Shown here piece by piece: positions 26,110 to 35,309 of a stretch of DNA of 64,000 bases. The notes under the pieces were generated by a model that was given only the letters and a program-made list of their open reading frames with translations, did no database searches and was not told the DNA's origin. Origin of the DNA: a virus. The stretch lies in the IMG/VR virus record IMGVR_UViG_3300015372_000001, positions 16,738 to 80,737 of that record; one strand, given 5' to 3'. The translations under genes were made by a program, and so were the position numbers. Numbering within the stretch: position 1 is the stretch's first letter; each line of letters opens with the position of its first letter.

Positions 26110-26309
26110 AGCCACACCACCTGAGTGGCACCGTCATGACCGTGGATCGACATCGCGTCGTCCAGGTTGGCCCAGATCACGGTGGAGGCCTTCTCGGTCA
26201 GCCACCTGATCGCCACCGTGCCGTCGGTGAACTGCACGCCCTCGGCCACGATCCCGGTGCCCGAGACACCGGAGACATCGCGGTCGCGGAGCAGCCGGAA
26301 GGTCCTCAC
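26106..26309 (-). CDS. Conserved actinophage small protein
   Basis: F.L.RD.DVSGVSGTGIVAEGVQFTDG.VAIRW...IHGHDG.T. Confidence 0.7.
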   Translation of the reverse strand: MRTFRLLRDRDVSGVSGTGIVAEGVQFTDGTVAIRWLTEKASTVIWANLDDAMSIHGHDGATQVVWL

Positions 26310-26647
26310 AGGAACTCCACTCGGGAGAACGGGTTCCCCACAACCGGGTGCTTCGGCTTGTCTCCGTGAGAGGAAGGACCGATCATCTGCTGCCCGGCGT
26401 GGAACTTGCAGATGTCGTTGTAGCAGCTGATGCAGTAGTGGCCGATCATCCCGCAGCAGGACCTGATCGTGACCACCTTCGCCGGGTTGGAGCAGGTGAA
26501 GTTGTTGCCGACGGTCTCCACCGGACCTCCGTTCTCGGCGCGCTGGAACTTGTGCCCGATGCACTTCGGCACCTTCTCCTGGGACTCCTCCGGGTCGAAG
26601 TCCAGGTGGGTGATCTCGGCCGGGACTGTGGTGTTCTGCTCACTCAT
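26306..26647 (-). CDS. Cys-rich hypothetical protein
   Basis: Multiple Cys; GGAG RBS. Confidence 0.55.
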   Translation of the reverse strand: MSEQNTTVPAEITHLDFDPEESQEKVPKCIGHKFQRAENGGPVETVGNNFTCSNPAKVVTIRSCCGMIGHYCISCYNDICKFHAGQQMIGPSSHGDKPKHPVVGNPFSRVEFL

Positions 26648-27107
26648 CGCCGCTCCAGATCCCGAGCAGCGGCTGCCGGTCCCGGTACTCCTCCTCGAAG
26701 TCCTCGTGCCAGGGGAACCTGTCGCTGGCGTCCGGCCAGACGATCTGCAGTGCCTCCACCTGTCCGAAGAGGTGGTTGCACATGGACAGCGGGTAGTCCC
26801 CGAGGGGCTCCAGGACCTCCAGAACGGCCACTCTGAGGCCTCGCAGCACCTCGGTGGAGTAGGTGTCCGGGTAGAACCTGGTACCCCGCTGAACGGCCTG
26901 GTACGCCGCGTTCAGGACACCGTGCGCCTGCTGCTGCACCATGCCCATCACGATCATGTCGGGGTGGTCGTGCTTGGTCATCCCGACGGTGTAGGTGAAG
27001 TACTCGTTGCCCGGGCCGAGGTCGTCCTCGGTGGGGAACACCGAGATCGCCGCCCAGCCGGTGCGCTCGATGTCGTCAAGGACCTTCCGGTCCACCTTGT
27101 CCAGCAT
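26640..27107 (-). CDS. DUF4262-like protein
   Basis: I...GW..I.V...FTYTVG....HPD...G...LQIVWPD...RFPW...QPLL. Confidence 0.8.
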   Translation of the reverse strand: MLDKVDRKVLDDIERTGWAAISVFPTEDDLGPGNEYFTYTVGMTKHDHPDMIVMGMVQQQAHGVLNAAYQAVQRGTRFYPDTYSTEVLRGLRVAVLEVLEPLGDYPLSMCNHLFGQVEALQIVWPDASDRFPWHEDFEEEYRDRQPLLGIWSGDE

Positions 27108-27447
27108 CTTCCTCTCCTTCCGGTGTGGTTGAACGTGCGATCTGCTCCTCGGTGTAGCGGCAGCCGATGGCGAAGCCGTCCACCCACAGCGCCATCCCCA
27201 GCGCCCGCAGATCGAGGTCGGTCTGGAGCGCGGGGTTGATCTCGGTCCCGCGCAGGACCCGTTGGTTGCACAGGTAGACCACGGAGTCGGGGTCGGCATA
27301 GACCGCCACGATCTCCTTGGGATGGTGACCACCCTCGCCGGCCTGACCGTCGAGGTAGTTGACCGCATCGGACAGCCACCAGAAGTCGGTGTGCCGGGGA
27401 CGGTCAGGGAACCTCGGGTCGTTGAGCGGGTCGATGAAGTCGTTCAC
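27076..27447 (-). CDS. Hypothetical protein
   Basis: DPRFPDRP.H.DFW.LS; GTGA overlap. Confidence 0.6.
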   Translation of the reverse strand: MNDFIDPLNDPRFPDRPRHTDFWWLSDAVNYLDGQAGEGGHHPKEIVAVYADPDSVVYLCNQRVLRGTEINPALQTDLDLRALGMALWVDGFAIGCRYTEEQIARSTTPEGEEDAGQGGPEGP

Positions 27448-27590
27448 GACCGCTCACCCACTTCGGGCGGAGTGACGCACGGCTCGCATTGGTCGTCGAG
27501 GTTGTCGCGCTCCCAATCCGTCAGGGCATGGCCGCAGGTTCGGCAGACGATTGCCCGCGAGCGACCCGCGTCATTCTCGGCGTTAGGCAT
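27444..27590 (-). CDS. Small Zn-ribbon protein
   Basis: MPNAE...CRTCG...CEPC; GGAGG RBS; not in ORF track. Confidence 0.5.
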   Translation of the reverse strand: MPNAENDAGRSRAIVCRTCGHALTDWERDNLDDQCEPCVTPPEVGERS

Positions 27591-27843
27591 CGCGTCCTCC
27601 CTCGGGCGGAGTGACGCGGGTCCAGTCGCTCACCATCCGGGTCTCAATGCGGAGGTTCCGCTTCGGGGCTCTGAGCGACCTTTCCTCCACGATGCGGAGC
27701 GCGGCCTGCACGGCGTCAAGGGATGGGACCTCGTGCATCCGAACCGCGTTGTGCGAGCCGTCCATGTTCGGGGTGTCGCTGTCGTAGGCGACGCACCAGA
27801 CCTGGCGTAGCCCATTCTCGGCGGTAGATGTCTGGTCGTTCAT
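27583..27843 (-). CDS. Hypothetical protein
   Basis: AAGGAG RBS, ATGA overlap. Confidence 0.55.
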   Translation of the reverse strand: MNDQTSTAENGLRQVWCVAYDSDTPNMDGSHNAVRMHEVPSLDAVQAALRIVEERSLRAPKRNLRIETRMVSDWTRVTPPEGGRDA

Positions 27844-28148
27844 GGCAGCTCCTTGCAGCTCGGGCAGACCCCGAACATGAAGATCACCTGGACGTTGCCC
27901 CGCATCCGGACCGAGTGGCCGGTGTAGAACTCGTCCGGGCAGTAGGCACCGCAGTTGTCGCAGGTGCGCTCCCAGACCTCACGGTCGTGATCGGTGGCGT
28001 TCTCCTCGGGCTCGGTCAGCGGGGTCATCACCACGTTGGCCGGCACGTCGGCGGCGTTGCCCATGTGCTGCTCCATCAGGGCCAGCCGCTGGTCGATGCT
28101 CGCCCGCAGCCACGTCGGCTCAGGCTGGAGCTTGGGCTTGTCATCCAT
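27840..28148 (-). CDS. Hypothetical protein with CxxC pairs
   Basis: GGAGGAG RBS. Confidence 0.6.
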   Translation of the reverse strand: MDDKPKLQPEPTWLRASIDQRLALMEQHMGNAADVPANVVMTPLTEPEENATDHDREVWERTCDNCGAYCPDEFYTGHSVRMRGNVQVIFMFGVCPSCKELP

Positions 28149-28392
28149 GGCTCTCCTCCGGACAGCCGCCGTCCTCGTTCAGATGCCGGTCCAGGGACTC
28201 GGCGTCCTCGAACCGGTAGTGGCAGTGCGGGCACTCGTGCAGGCCAGGCAACTGGTCCTCCTCCTCGGGGTAGTTGGTCTCGCAGAACGGGTTCGCGCAG
28301 GCCAGCGGCCCACCCACCACCCATCCCTTCGGCTTGTAGATGGTGGTGTGCCCGCAGTACGGGCACACCGGGGAGTACTCAGATGTGGACAT
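28141..28392 (-). CDS. Zn-finger protein
   Basis: CPYC, CANPFC, CPHC..F.....L.RH. Confidence 0.6.
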   Translation of the reverse strand: MSTSEYSPVCPYCGHTTIYKPKGWVVGGPLACANPFCETNYPEEEDQLPGLHECPHCHYRFEDAESLDRHLNEDGGCPEESHG

Positions 28393-29575
28393 CGACCACG
28401 GCCAGGTATGCCTCGTCCGGCAGGCTGTCGATCAGCCGGGCGAACTCGCGCTCCCAGGTGGTCTGGTCCTTCTCGTTGCTGACCGTCCCGAACCAGCCCA
28501 TCCGACCCTGCTCGTGCCACTGACCGTCGACCAGCACCGCGTGGGTGATCCCAGCGCCGTCACGAGCGTGAGCGACGTACGCCTCACGACCACCGGAGTT
28601 GACGTACCAGGCCTCCAGCGGGTCATCGAGCCACGGCATCAGGTGGGCCTCGGACAGGGCCTTGATGAACGGCTGGTTGTGGAACTGGTGGCGAGCCTCG
28701 TTGGTGAGCTGCTGCCGGTTCTGCACCCACTCGGCCTCCGAGACCGGCTCCAGTTTCTCCGCAGTCCTGGCCAGCACGTAGCCGTCGTAGGTCTCGTCCG
28801 GGTCGGTGTCGTGGTCGAAGTACACCCGGCGCAGCAGGTCCGGCCAGCTCTCCGGCAGCTCCAGGCCGACGGTCGCCTTCTCGAAGGCGTCGTAGCCGGC
28901 CTCGGCGTTCTGCCCAGCCATCATCCGCATCGCCTCGAAGTCGATCTGGCCCTTGCGAGCCAGGTCCGCCCGGCCCTCGAAGTTGCTGCCCTGGTCGTCA
29001 CCGAAGGTGCCTCCGTTGCCGAGCACGGCGTCCTGGGAGCCGTCGTAGACCGGGAGCTGCTCCTCGCCGTGAACCCGGTCCTCACCGACCGGTGACCGGT
29101 CCTCCAGTGCCCTGCGCCACTCCGGTACCGGTACCGCGGCCAGGTTCACCGCGGGCTTGAGCTGGTAGAAGCCGTGCCAGCGACCACCGAGGGTCCACCA
29201 GTCCCAGCGCGAGTCCGGGTTGTAGCTGGACAGGTAGCCGAACCGGTCCTCCTCGGCGTCGTAGATCCCGCGCTCACAGCCGTTGCCGAAGTAGCCACCG
29301 ACGGCCATCCGGGCCCACTCGTTCCAGGCCTCGAGGTTGCCCTCGGTCACGTAGTCATCGAACGGCTTGGTCGGACCGTCGTCACCGGTGCAGTACTCGG
29401 GGTGCTCCCGGTAGAAGGTCTGGGCCTGCTGGACGCCATCGGCTTCCACCCACTCCGGGTAGGGGTCCATCTCCTTGTTCTCATCGAAGGGATCGAGGAT
29501 CCCTCCCAACATCTCCATCGCCTCGGCAGAGGTACTGGCGTCACGGATTACCACGGTCACGGTGCTGTGCGACAT
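28379..29575 (-). CDS. Conserved phage protein (NP.S.WDWW..GGRW / GRMGWFG / VVD.HI family)
   Basis: MSH.TV start with GGAAGGGA RBS; hallmark motifs listed. Confidence 0.75.
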   Translation of the reverse strand: MSHSTVTVVIRDASTSAEAMEMLGGILDPFDENKEMDPYPEWVEADGVQQAQTFYREHPEYCTGDDGPTKPFDDYVTEGNLEAWNEWARMAVGGYFGNGCERGIYDAEEDRFGYLSSYNPDSRWDWWTLGGRWHGFYQLKPAVNLAAVPVPEWRRALEDRSPVGEDRVHGEEQLPVYDGSQDAVLGNGGTFGDDQGSNFEGRADLARKGQIDFEAMRMMAGQNAEAGYDAFEKATVGLELPESWPDLLRRVYFDHDTDPDETYDGYVLARTAEKLEPVSEAEWVQNRQQLTNEARHQFHNQPFIKALSEAHLMPWLDDPLEAWYVNSGGREAYVAHARDGAGITHAVLVDGQWHEQGRMGWFGTVSNEKDQTTWEREFARLIDSLPDEAYLAVVDVHI

Positions 29576-29600
29576 TCGGTTCCCTTCCATAGGTTGTCTG

Positions 29601-29656
29601 GGCATGAAAAAGGCCCGGTACCGGAGAAGCTTCCTCTGCTCCTCCGACACCGGGCC
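29601..29656 (-). terminator. Intrinsic terminator in 5' leader
   Basis: Minus: GGCCCGGTGTCGGAG...CTCCGGTACCGGGCC-TTTTTCATGCC. Confidence 0.75.
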
Positions 29657-29731
29657 GGTCTTCCTTGAACCTTCCCAGAACGGTTGGGAAGGGCCTGGAT
29701 CAGGGCATGCGGTGCCCCAAACGCTAGGTTC

Positions 29732-29761
29732 ATTGTATCTCATCTAGGTAAAGACGCACAA
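29732..29761 (-). promoter_or_regulatory. SigA-like promoter at head of leftward arm
   Basis: Minus: TTGTGC-18-TACAAT. Confidence 0.7.
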
Positions 29762-29990
29762 GGGCCGAGACGATGTTCGTCCCGGCCTGTTCGGAGTATC
29801 AGCGCGGCACTGTGTCTACGTGACGGGCCGACTGATTGACCCCGAGGCGAGGTGTGATCCCCGCCAGAGACCGCCGGCTAACCTGCCCAGCGATCTCATG
29901 TACCCCACTGTAGGCCATACACCACAGGTTGTCAACCAGGGCAGCCAACCTCGTTACCGTGGAGGGGAGGGGGAGCGCGAAGGGGATGCC

Positions 29991-30254
29991 ATGACCAGGC
30001 GAAGGTTCCGGGACCGGCCTACCGGGGAGATCATGGTGCTGATGATCGCGGCCACGATCTGCACCTACATCGCGGCCACGATGGTCGTGCTGTTCATCCT
30101 GGCGATCACCACCGACCGGGACCTGTCGGGTCCAGCTCGGAACATCGCCGACATCATCAACACCCTGATCGGTCTGCTGGCCGGCTACCTGGCCGGCCGT
30201 ACCGACATCGCACTCGGGCACAAGAAGGAACCGGAGCAGCCCAGTGAACCGTAG
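29991..30254 (+). CDS. Two-TM membrane protein
   Basis: Two hydrophobic helices; AAGGGG RBS. Confidence 0.65.
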   Translation: MTRRRFRDRPTGEIMVLMIAATICTYIAATMVVLFILAITTDRDLSGPARNIADIINTLIGLLAGYLAGRTDIALGHKKEPEQPSEP

Positions 30255-30816
30255 GTGGACCTCGATCCTGGGCTACGGCTCTGCGCTGGTGCTGAGTGGT
30301 GTCGGGTTCGCTGCTGCCAGCTACGACCGGGCGTCATCTGCCAATGCGCCATCGGCTCCATCGGCGTCAACTGGACCCAGTAGTAGCCCAACAGTGTCTC
30401 CTACACCTCCGGCTAGCTCACCGACACCAGTACCAGGACCGCGAGGAGAACCAGGACCGAGAGGCCCACGAGGCCCCCGAGGAAAGCCAGGAACACCGGG
30501 CTCGACAGGTCAGGCAGGTCAGAAGGGTGAGACTGGCTCAACCGGTCCACGAGGACCAGCAGGACGACCAGGAGAACCAGGAAGGGCGGGACCAGGAGGA
30601 CCAGCAGGACCTCCCGGTGAGAGGGGACCACGAGGTGTGAGAGGACCGAGGGGGGCATCGGGACAGGATGGTCTACCGGGCCCGCAGGGCCCAGCCGGAC
30701 CTCCCTGTCCGGATGGCTACACCGGGATGGATCTGGGGGTCCACATCAGGGAACCGATCGATCGGACAGTTCAGATGTTCGTCTGCGTCCGGAACGACCA
30801 GCTCCCGATCGGCTGA
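30244..30816 (+). CDS. Exported or anchored collagen-like (Gly-X-Y) protein
   Basis: Signal/TM N-terminus, about 29 Gly-X-Y triplets, C-terminal CPDGY...C. Confidence 0.8.
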   Translation: MNRRWTSILGYGSALVLSGVGFAAASYDRASSANAPSAPSASTGPSSSPTVSPTPPASSPTPVPGPRGEPGPRGPRGPRGKPGTPGSTGQAGQKGETGSTGPRGPAGRPGEPGRAGPGGPAGPPGERGPRGVRGPRGASGQDGLPGPQGPAGPPCPDGYTGMDLGVHIREPIDRTVQMFVCVRNDQLPIG

Positions 30817-30833
30817 AGGCTATGACCTGATGG

Positions 30834-31079
30834 TCACTGGCCTGAAGTGCTGAACCTTCTGCGTGGAGGTGGAGGTGGACCGACTCGAGGTGATCGTGAG
30901 ACCCATCTCCAGGTGTACTTCCTGATCTGCTCCCTGGCCAGTTCCAGACCGTCGGTCTGGTGGTCGTCCGGGATCGGGTCAGGTGGTCGTACGACGTAGA
31001 CCGGACCGGATCTGGCAGCCCACTGCTTCTCCTGAGAGTCCCGTTTCCTCTTCCTGGATCTCCGAGCTCCCCTAGTCAT
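30834..31079 (-). CDS. Small basic hypothetical protein
   Basis: AAGGAG RBS; preceded by structured leader. Confidence 0.5.
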   Translation of the reverse strand: MTRGARRSRKRKRDSQEKQWAARSGPVYVVRPPDPIPDDHQTDGLELAREQIRKYTWRWVSRSPRVGPPPPPRRRFSTSGQ

Positions 31080-31140
31080 GTGGCTCCTTCGGAGCCGTGG
31101 CGCTTCGCACTGTGGCCCTCCCCCCTATCCCCCCAGCGGG

Positions 31141-31171
31141 GGACATGCGAAACAGCCGAAACACTCGGCTG
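31141..31171 (-). terminator. Terminator-like hairpin
   Basis: Minus: CAGCCGA-GTGTT-TCGGCTG-TTTCGCATGTCC. Confidence 0.55.
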
Positions 31172-31196
31172 CCGGGGACCTTTCCGGCGCACGGTC

Positions 31197-31237
31197 GCAA
31201 CCGCCTCTGACGCGGGTTGCTCCGGTTCGACTTCCGG
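31197..31237 (-). ncRNA. Candidate two-hairpin leader RNA element, copy 2
   Basis: See 14050-14090. Confidence 0.5.
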
Positions 31238-31381
31238 GTCCTGATCGGCTTCACGCCGCCGTGGCGTCGCATGATCTGTTCAGTTGGTGCCCAGAACGAG
31301 ATGCAGATCGCGACGCCGATGGCCTACGATGTGATCGCGTTCCTGACAAGCGCACAGTAGTTCGCTGGCACGAGCTACGGC

Positions 31382-31425
31382 AAGGCCCCTGGTTGGCATG
31401 TTCCTGCCAGGGGCCTTTTGCTGTC
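31382..31425 (+). terminator. Intrinsic terminator upstream of replication operon
   Basis: AAGGCCCCTGG...CCAGGGGCCTT-TTGCTGTC. Confidence 0.7.
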
Positions 31426-31493
31426 AGGACCATCTCCAGAGATAGTTCCTTCGGCCCACGCGCGCCGTCCCCGGAGGGGAGTACGGTGCGCAG

Positions 31494-31823
31494 ATGCCGA
31501 CAGTCTGGATCCGGGATGATCCCAAGCACCGGACCAGATTCCACCGCCATCCCGACTGCTTCCAGCTGACCAAGAAGCCGTCCCGGGGCGACCACCACGA
31601 CCTGGTGTCCGCCGACCTCTCGACAGTGCATGTCCGGCCCTGTCGGGTCTGCTACCCCGACGCCCCACACCTGGCGCTGTGGAAGCGGTACTGCCCGACC
31701 TGCGACACCAAGAACGCCTGCCGGCACAACGGTGGGATCGAGGTGATCGACCGACGAGGGCGCAAGTTCTGGGTCTGGCCGGATACCAACCAGATGCCCT
31801 ACTATCGCAAACAGGCCATCTAG
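31494..31823 (+). CDS. Cys/His-rich hypothetical protein
   Basis: FH..PDC..L...PCRVC, CPTC...C.H. Confidence 0.65.
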   Translation: MPTVWIRDDPKHRTRFHRHPDCFQLTKKPSRGDHHDLVSADLSTVHVRPCRVCYPDAPHLALWKRYCPTCDTKNACRHNGGIEVIDRRGRKFWVWPDTNQMPYYRKQAI

Positions 31824-31897
31824 GCCAGCTAGATCACCACATCAACTACACACACTCCTGGACGAGCGTGTGGGACGAGCACACGAATGGAGTCACC

Positions 31898-33199
31898 GTG
31901 CCAGCGGTATCCGCAGAAGCGCTGTTGATCTCAGCCCTGGTCAACACCGCGTCGGTCGGAAGCGAGGTCCCGTTCGGGATCAGCGCTTCGGACTTCGAGG
32001 GCTACTCCGACGAGTACAACTGGCTCGTCAACTACACCGAGACCTACGGCGCGCAGCCGACCTGGGACATCTTCGCGATGAAGTTCCCAGGCTTCTGGCG
32101 CAGCGAGCACACCGAGGTGCGCTCGGCCGCGGACATGGTGCACCAGTCCGCCAACCGCCGCCGGCTGAACACCGCGATCACCGAGGCGTCCGAGCTGGTG
32201 CACCTAGGGGAGGCGAGCGCCGCCTACGAGCGGCTGGTCGAAGCCCGGCCGAGACGGGCTGCGGCTCGTCCCCGGCGGATCCTCACCGACACCGGCTACC
32301 TGGACGAGTGGGACGCCCGGCCGTACGCCGTCGAGCTGCCCTACCCCACCTTGCAGCGGTACACCGGCGGGATCTGCGCGGGCAACCTGTGGTACCTGGC
32401 CGGGAGGCCGAGCCAGGGCAAGTCGGCGCACATCACGGTGATCAGCAAGAGCGCGGTGATCGGCGGGAACCGGGTCCTGATGTACAGCCTCGAGATGAGC
32501 GAGGCCGAGGTCAGGGCCCGGTTCCATGCATGTCTGGGGGCCGAGATGGGCTACCCGTCGATCACCCTGACCAACCTGCGGGCCCGGGCCTGCGAGCGGG
32601 CCACGGTGAAGAAGTTCACCGGCGAGCTCGCCGACCGGCTGGAGGCCTGCGGCGGGGTGCTGGACGTGCACACCCCGGCCGACGGCCCGGTCAGCCCATC
32701 GGTGGTCGCGGCCAGAGCATCGGAGTACGACCTGGTGGTGATCGACTACGTGGGCCTGATGTCCGCCGACGGCGGTGGCCGGGCGGTGGACGACTGGCGG
32801 GAGATGGCCAAGATCTCCAACTCGCTGAAGTCGATCGCGTTGAGCCAGAAGACCGCGCTGCTGTGCGCGGCCCAGATCAACCGGGACGGGGAGACCGGCT
32901 CGGCACCGCCGAAGGTGAAGAACCTGGCCCAGTCCGACGCGCTCGGGCAGGACGGTGACGTGGTGCTGACGATGCGGTCCAAGCCGCACAACGTGGCCAC
33001 CCACTTTTCCCTGGAAAAGAACCGGCACGGTCCCTCCGGGATCTACTTCCACACCACCTTCGACCCCGACCACGGGTCCTTCACCGAGATCTCGGCCGAC
33101 CATGCCGACGACCTGGTGATCAACGCCGAGGTGATGTCCGAGAACACCAGCACTCCGCCACCCGCACTCCGGGTGATCAAGACCAAGGACGAGCTATGA
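31898..33199 (+). CDS. dnaB: DnaB-like replicative helicase
   Basis: AGRPSQGKS, YSLEMS, VVIDYVGLM, AQINR, SDALGQDGD, EKNRHGP; GGAG RBS before GTG 31898. Confidence 0.92.
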   Translation: MPAVSAEALLISALVNTASVGSEVPFGISASDFEGYSDEYNWLVNYTETYGAQPTWDIFAMKFPGFWRSEHTEVRSAADMVHQSANRRRLNTAITEASELVHLGEASAAYERLVEARPRRAAARPRRILTDTGYLDEWDARPYAVELPYPTLQRYTGGICAGNLWYLAGRPSQGKSAHITVISKSAVIGGNRVLMYSLEMSEAEVRARFHACLGAEMGYPSITLTNLRARACERATVKKFTGELADRLEACGGVLDVHTPADGPVSPSVVAARASEYDLVVIDYVGLMSADGGGRAVDDWREMAKISNSLKSIALSQKTALLCAAQINRDGETGSAPPKVKNLAQSDALGQDGDVVLTMRSKPHNVATHFSLEKNRHGPSGIYFHTTFDPDHGSFTEISADHADDLVINAEVMSENTSTPPPALRVIKTKDEL

Positions 33200-33363
33200 G
33201 CACCATCGAGACCCTGCCCGCGATCGAGACCGTGCAGGAAACCCTGTTCGTGCTGCCGCACATGACCACCGTCGGCAACACCACCTTCTGGTGCATCCAG
33301 GAGGACTGTGACGGCGAGCACCACTTCTGGTGCGACTGCCATGCATCCACACACGCTGGCTGA
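33196..33363 (+). CDS. 55-aa Cys/His peptide
   Basis: ATGA overlap with helicase stop; WC..DC..EHHFWCDCH; not in ORF track. Confidence 0.45.
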   Translation: MSTIETLPAIETVQETLFVLPHMTTVGNTTFWCIQEDCDGEHHFWCDCHASTHAG

Positions 33364-34168
33364 GGCGCTGCTGTACGGCCGGGGAGTCGAGCGCCCGTTC
33401 CTGTGCCCGGAACACGGCGACTCCCGGCCGAGCGCCAGCGTGAACGTGGTCAAGAAGGTCTGGTTCTGCTACACCTGCCACGCCCACGGCGACCTGACCG
33501 GGGAGGCCCGGCTGGCCGAGCCGGACTACACGGTGATGCGGCTGTGGCTGGACAAGAAGATCGCCGAGGGCCAGATCTACCCCGAGGCCTGGCTGGACCG
33601 GTTCGACGCCGGCGAGGTGCACCCGTACTGGGTCCAACGAGTAGGGACAGCCGCCGCTCGTGAGTTCCGGTTGGGATCGGATCCGGACGAGGAGGCTGTC
33701 ACCTACCCGCTTCGTGACCCACGGGGTCAGGTGCTCGGGGTGGTCCGACGGGCGCTGGGGGGAGCTGGCCCGAAGTACCGCTACCCGACCGGTGTCGATG
33801 TGGGTCGTCTGCTCTTTCAGTACACACCCGCCTACCGGGATGCGGTAGTGCTGGTGGAGGGAGCGCTGGACGCGATCGCATTGTGGAACGTGGGAGTCGA
33901 GGCGTTCGCGATCTACGGCTCCCGGCTGAGCGAGTACCAGGTGCACCTGATCGACAAGATCGACCCCACCTACGTCTACACCTGCTACGACCTGGACAAG
34001 GCCGGGTGGACCGCGCACTGCGAGACCGAGCGGGCCTTCAAGCACCGGATGGTCACCCGGATCTCCTGGCCCAAGGGCTGGGGCGGTGACATCGCCGAGC
34101 TGTCCGAAGATCGTCGACGACACGTCGTTGATGACCTTGTATCAACTGGACTGGCATGCGTAGAGTGA
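33341..34168 (+). CDS. dnaG: DNA primase (Zn-binding domain plus TOPRIM)
   Basis: CPEH..SRPSASVN..K..W.CYTC; VLVEGALDAI; YDLDKAG. Confidence 0.9.
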   Translation: MHPHTLAEALLYGRGVERPFLCPEHGDSRPSASVNVVKKVWFCYTCHAHGDLTGEARLAEPDYTVMRLWLDKKIAEGQIYPEAWLDRFDAGEVHPYWVQRVGTAAAREFRLGSDPDEEAVTYPLRDPRGQVLGVVRRALGGAGPKYRYPTGVDVGRLLFQYTPAYRDAVVLVEGALDAIALWNVGVEAFAIYGSRLSEYQVHLIDKIDPTYVYTCYDLDKAGWTAHCETERAFKHRMVTRISWPKGWGGDIAELSEDRRRHVVDDLVSTGLACVE

Positions 34169-34172
34169 CCTC

Positions 34173-34529
34173 ATGCCCCAGGATCACGAGTACATGTCGG
34201 GTCACAAGACCCCCAAGGAGAAGCAGCAGCGAGTGCTGGTGGCTCTCGCCAGGGCTGGCCGGGACGGGCTCACCTCGCGTGAGCTGGCGAAGGTAGAGAC
34301 ACCGGGAGATGTCTCGGCGGTGAGTGCCTGGGGGTCCGCCTTCACGGTGCTGCACCAGGAGAACCTGATCGCCGCTCTGGCTGAGCGGCGCGACGCCCAC
34401 CACGTCTATGTGATGCCGGAGCACGTCGGTGACCGGGCCACTTGGCCGGGGTACCGACACCGTGGCTCGGGCCAGATCGTGGTGATCACCAAGCACTGCA
34501 GGACCTGCACCTGCCCAGAGGAGGAGTGA
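34173..34529 (+). CDS. Winged-helix-like protein
   Basis: VL.AL..AG.DGLTSRELA; TTGTAT-18-TAGAGT 6 nt before ATG. Confidence 0.55.
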   Translation: MPQDHEYMSGHKTPKEKQQRVLVALARAGRDGLTSRELAKVETPGDVSAVSAWGSAFTVLHQENLIAALAERRDAHHVYVMPEHVGDRATWPGYRHRGSGQIVVITKHCRTCTCPEEE

Positions 34530-34915
34530 TGGAGAACCCGTTGGTAGACGACTACCTCGAGGCCAAGGCGGAGAGGGACAAGGCCCAGGCCCGGCTCGAT
34601 GAGCTGGGCGAGCGGCTGACCAAGCAGATGGAGGCCGACCAGCGGAAGTCCTACCGCTGGAACGCCGATGGGGTCAGGCACACCCTGACCTACGTCCAGG
34701 CCCACACCACCCAGATCGATGAGCAGGGGCTGCGCAAGGCGCTGACGGCCAAGGTCTTCGACCGTTACACGAAACGTGTATTGGACCGGAAGTCGATGGA
34801 GAACGCGATCGACGCCGGTGACGTGGACCCGGTGGTGGTGAGCCGGTTCGTGACCCTGCGGCCGAACAAGCCGCACCTGACCTACAAGGCCGGCGCGCCG
34901 GTCGAGGAGGACTGA
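34529..34915 (+). CDS. Hypothetical coiled-coil protein
   Basis: GAGGAG RBS, TGATG coupling. Confidence 0.65.
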   Translation: MENPLVDDYLEAKAERDKAQARLDELGERLTKQMEADQRKSYRWNADGVRHTLTYVQAHTTQIDEQGLRKALTAKVFDRYTKRVLDRKSMENAIDAGDVDPVVVSRFVTLRPNKPHLTYKAGAPVEED

Positions 34916-35097
34916 TGGCCAGGCTGAACATCGGGATGGAGGGCGGCTCGATCGACCTGGAGAGCCTGCGCCGGCTGGTGGCTCTGGCCGACTGGCTGGA
35001 CTTCCCGGACTCGGCGTCGGTCTCGTCCAACCTCCAGCAGATCTTCATCAGCATCACCGAAGCCGAGATCAAGTGGGACAAGGTGGTGGGTCCATGA
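34915..35097 (+). CDS. Hypothetical protein
   Basis: TGATG coupling. Confidence 0.55.
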   Translation: MARLNIGMEGGSIDLESLRRLVALADWLDFPDSASVSSNLQQIFISITEAEIKWDKVVGP

Positions 35098-35309
35098 GCA
35101 CCGTGAGGTACCTGCTGGTGGTCAGCGCGGACCAGAAGGTCCGGATCGCCAAGCGCCCGCACATCTATGCCGACGAGATCGCGATCCCGATCAACCTGGA
35201 GTACCCGCCGCACTGGGGCCGGGTGCTGACCGACCAGGCGATCACGATCAAGGTGCCCGACTTCACCCCCGAGGTGATCCACGAGATCGAGAAGGAGGAG
35301 ACCTCATGA
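35094..35309 (+). CDS. Hypothetical protein
   Basis: ATGA overlap. Confidence 0.55.
   Translation: MSTVRYLLVVSADQKVRIAKRPHIYADEIAIPINLEYPPHWGRVLTDQAITIKVPDFTPEVIHEIEKEETS

Noticed and set aside
31170-31245. tRNA-like look on plus strand (GGTTCGAC T-loop-like motif)
   Set aside because: Acceptor stem only about 5 bp, no proper D arm or 7-nt anticodon loop, no CCA; better explained by the minus-strand two-hairpin element.
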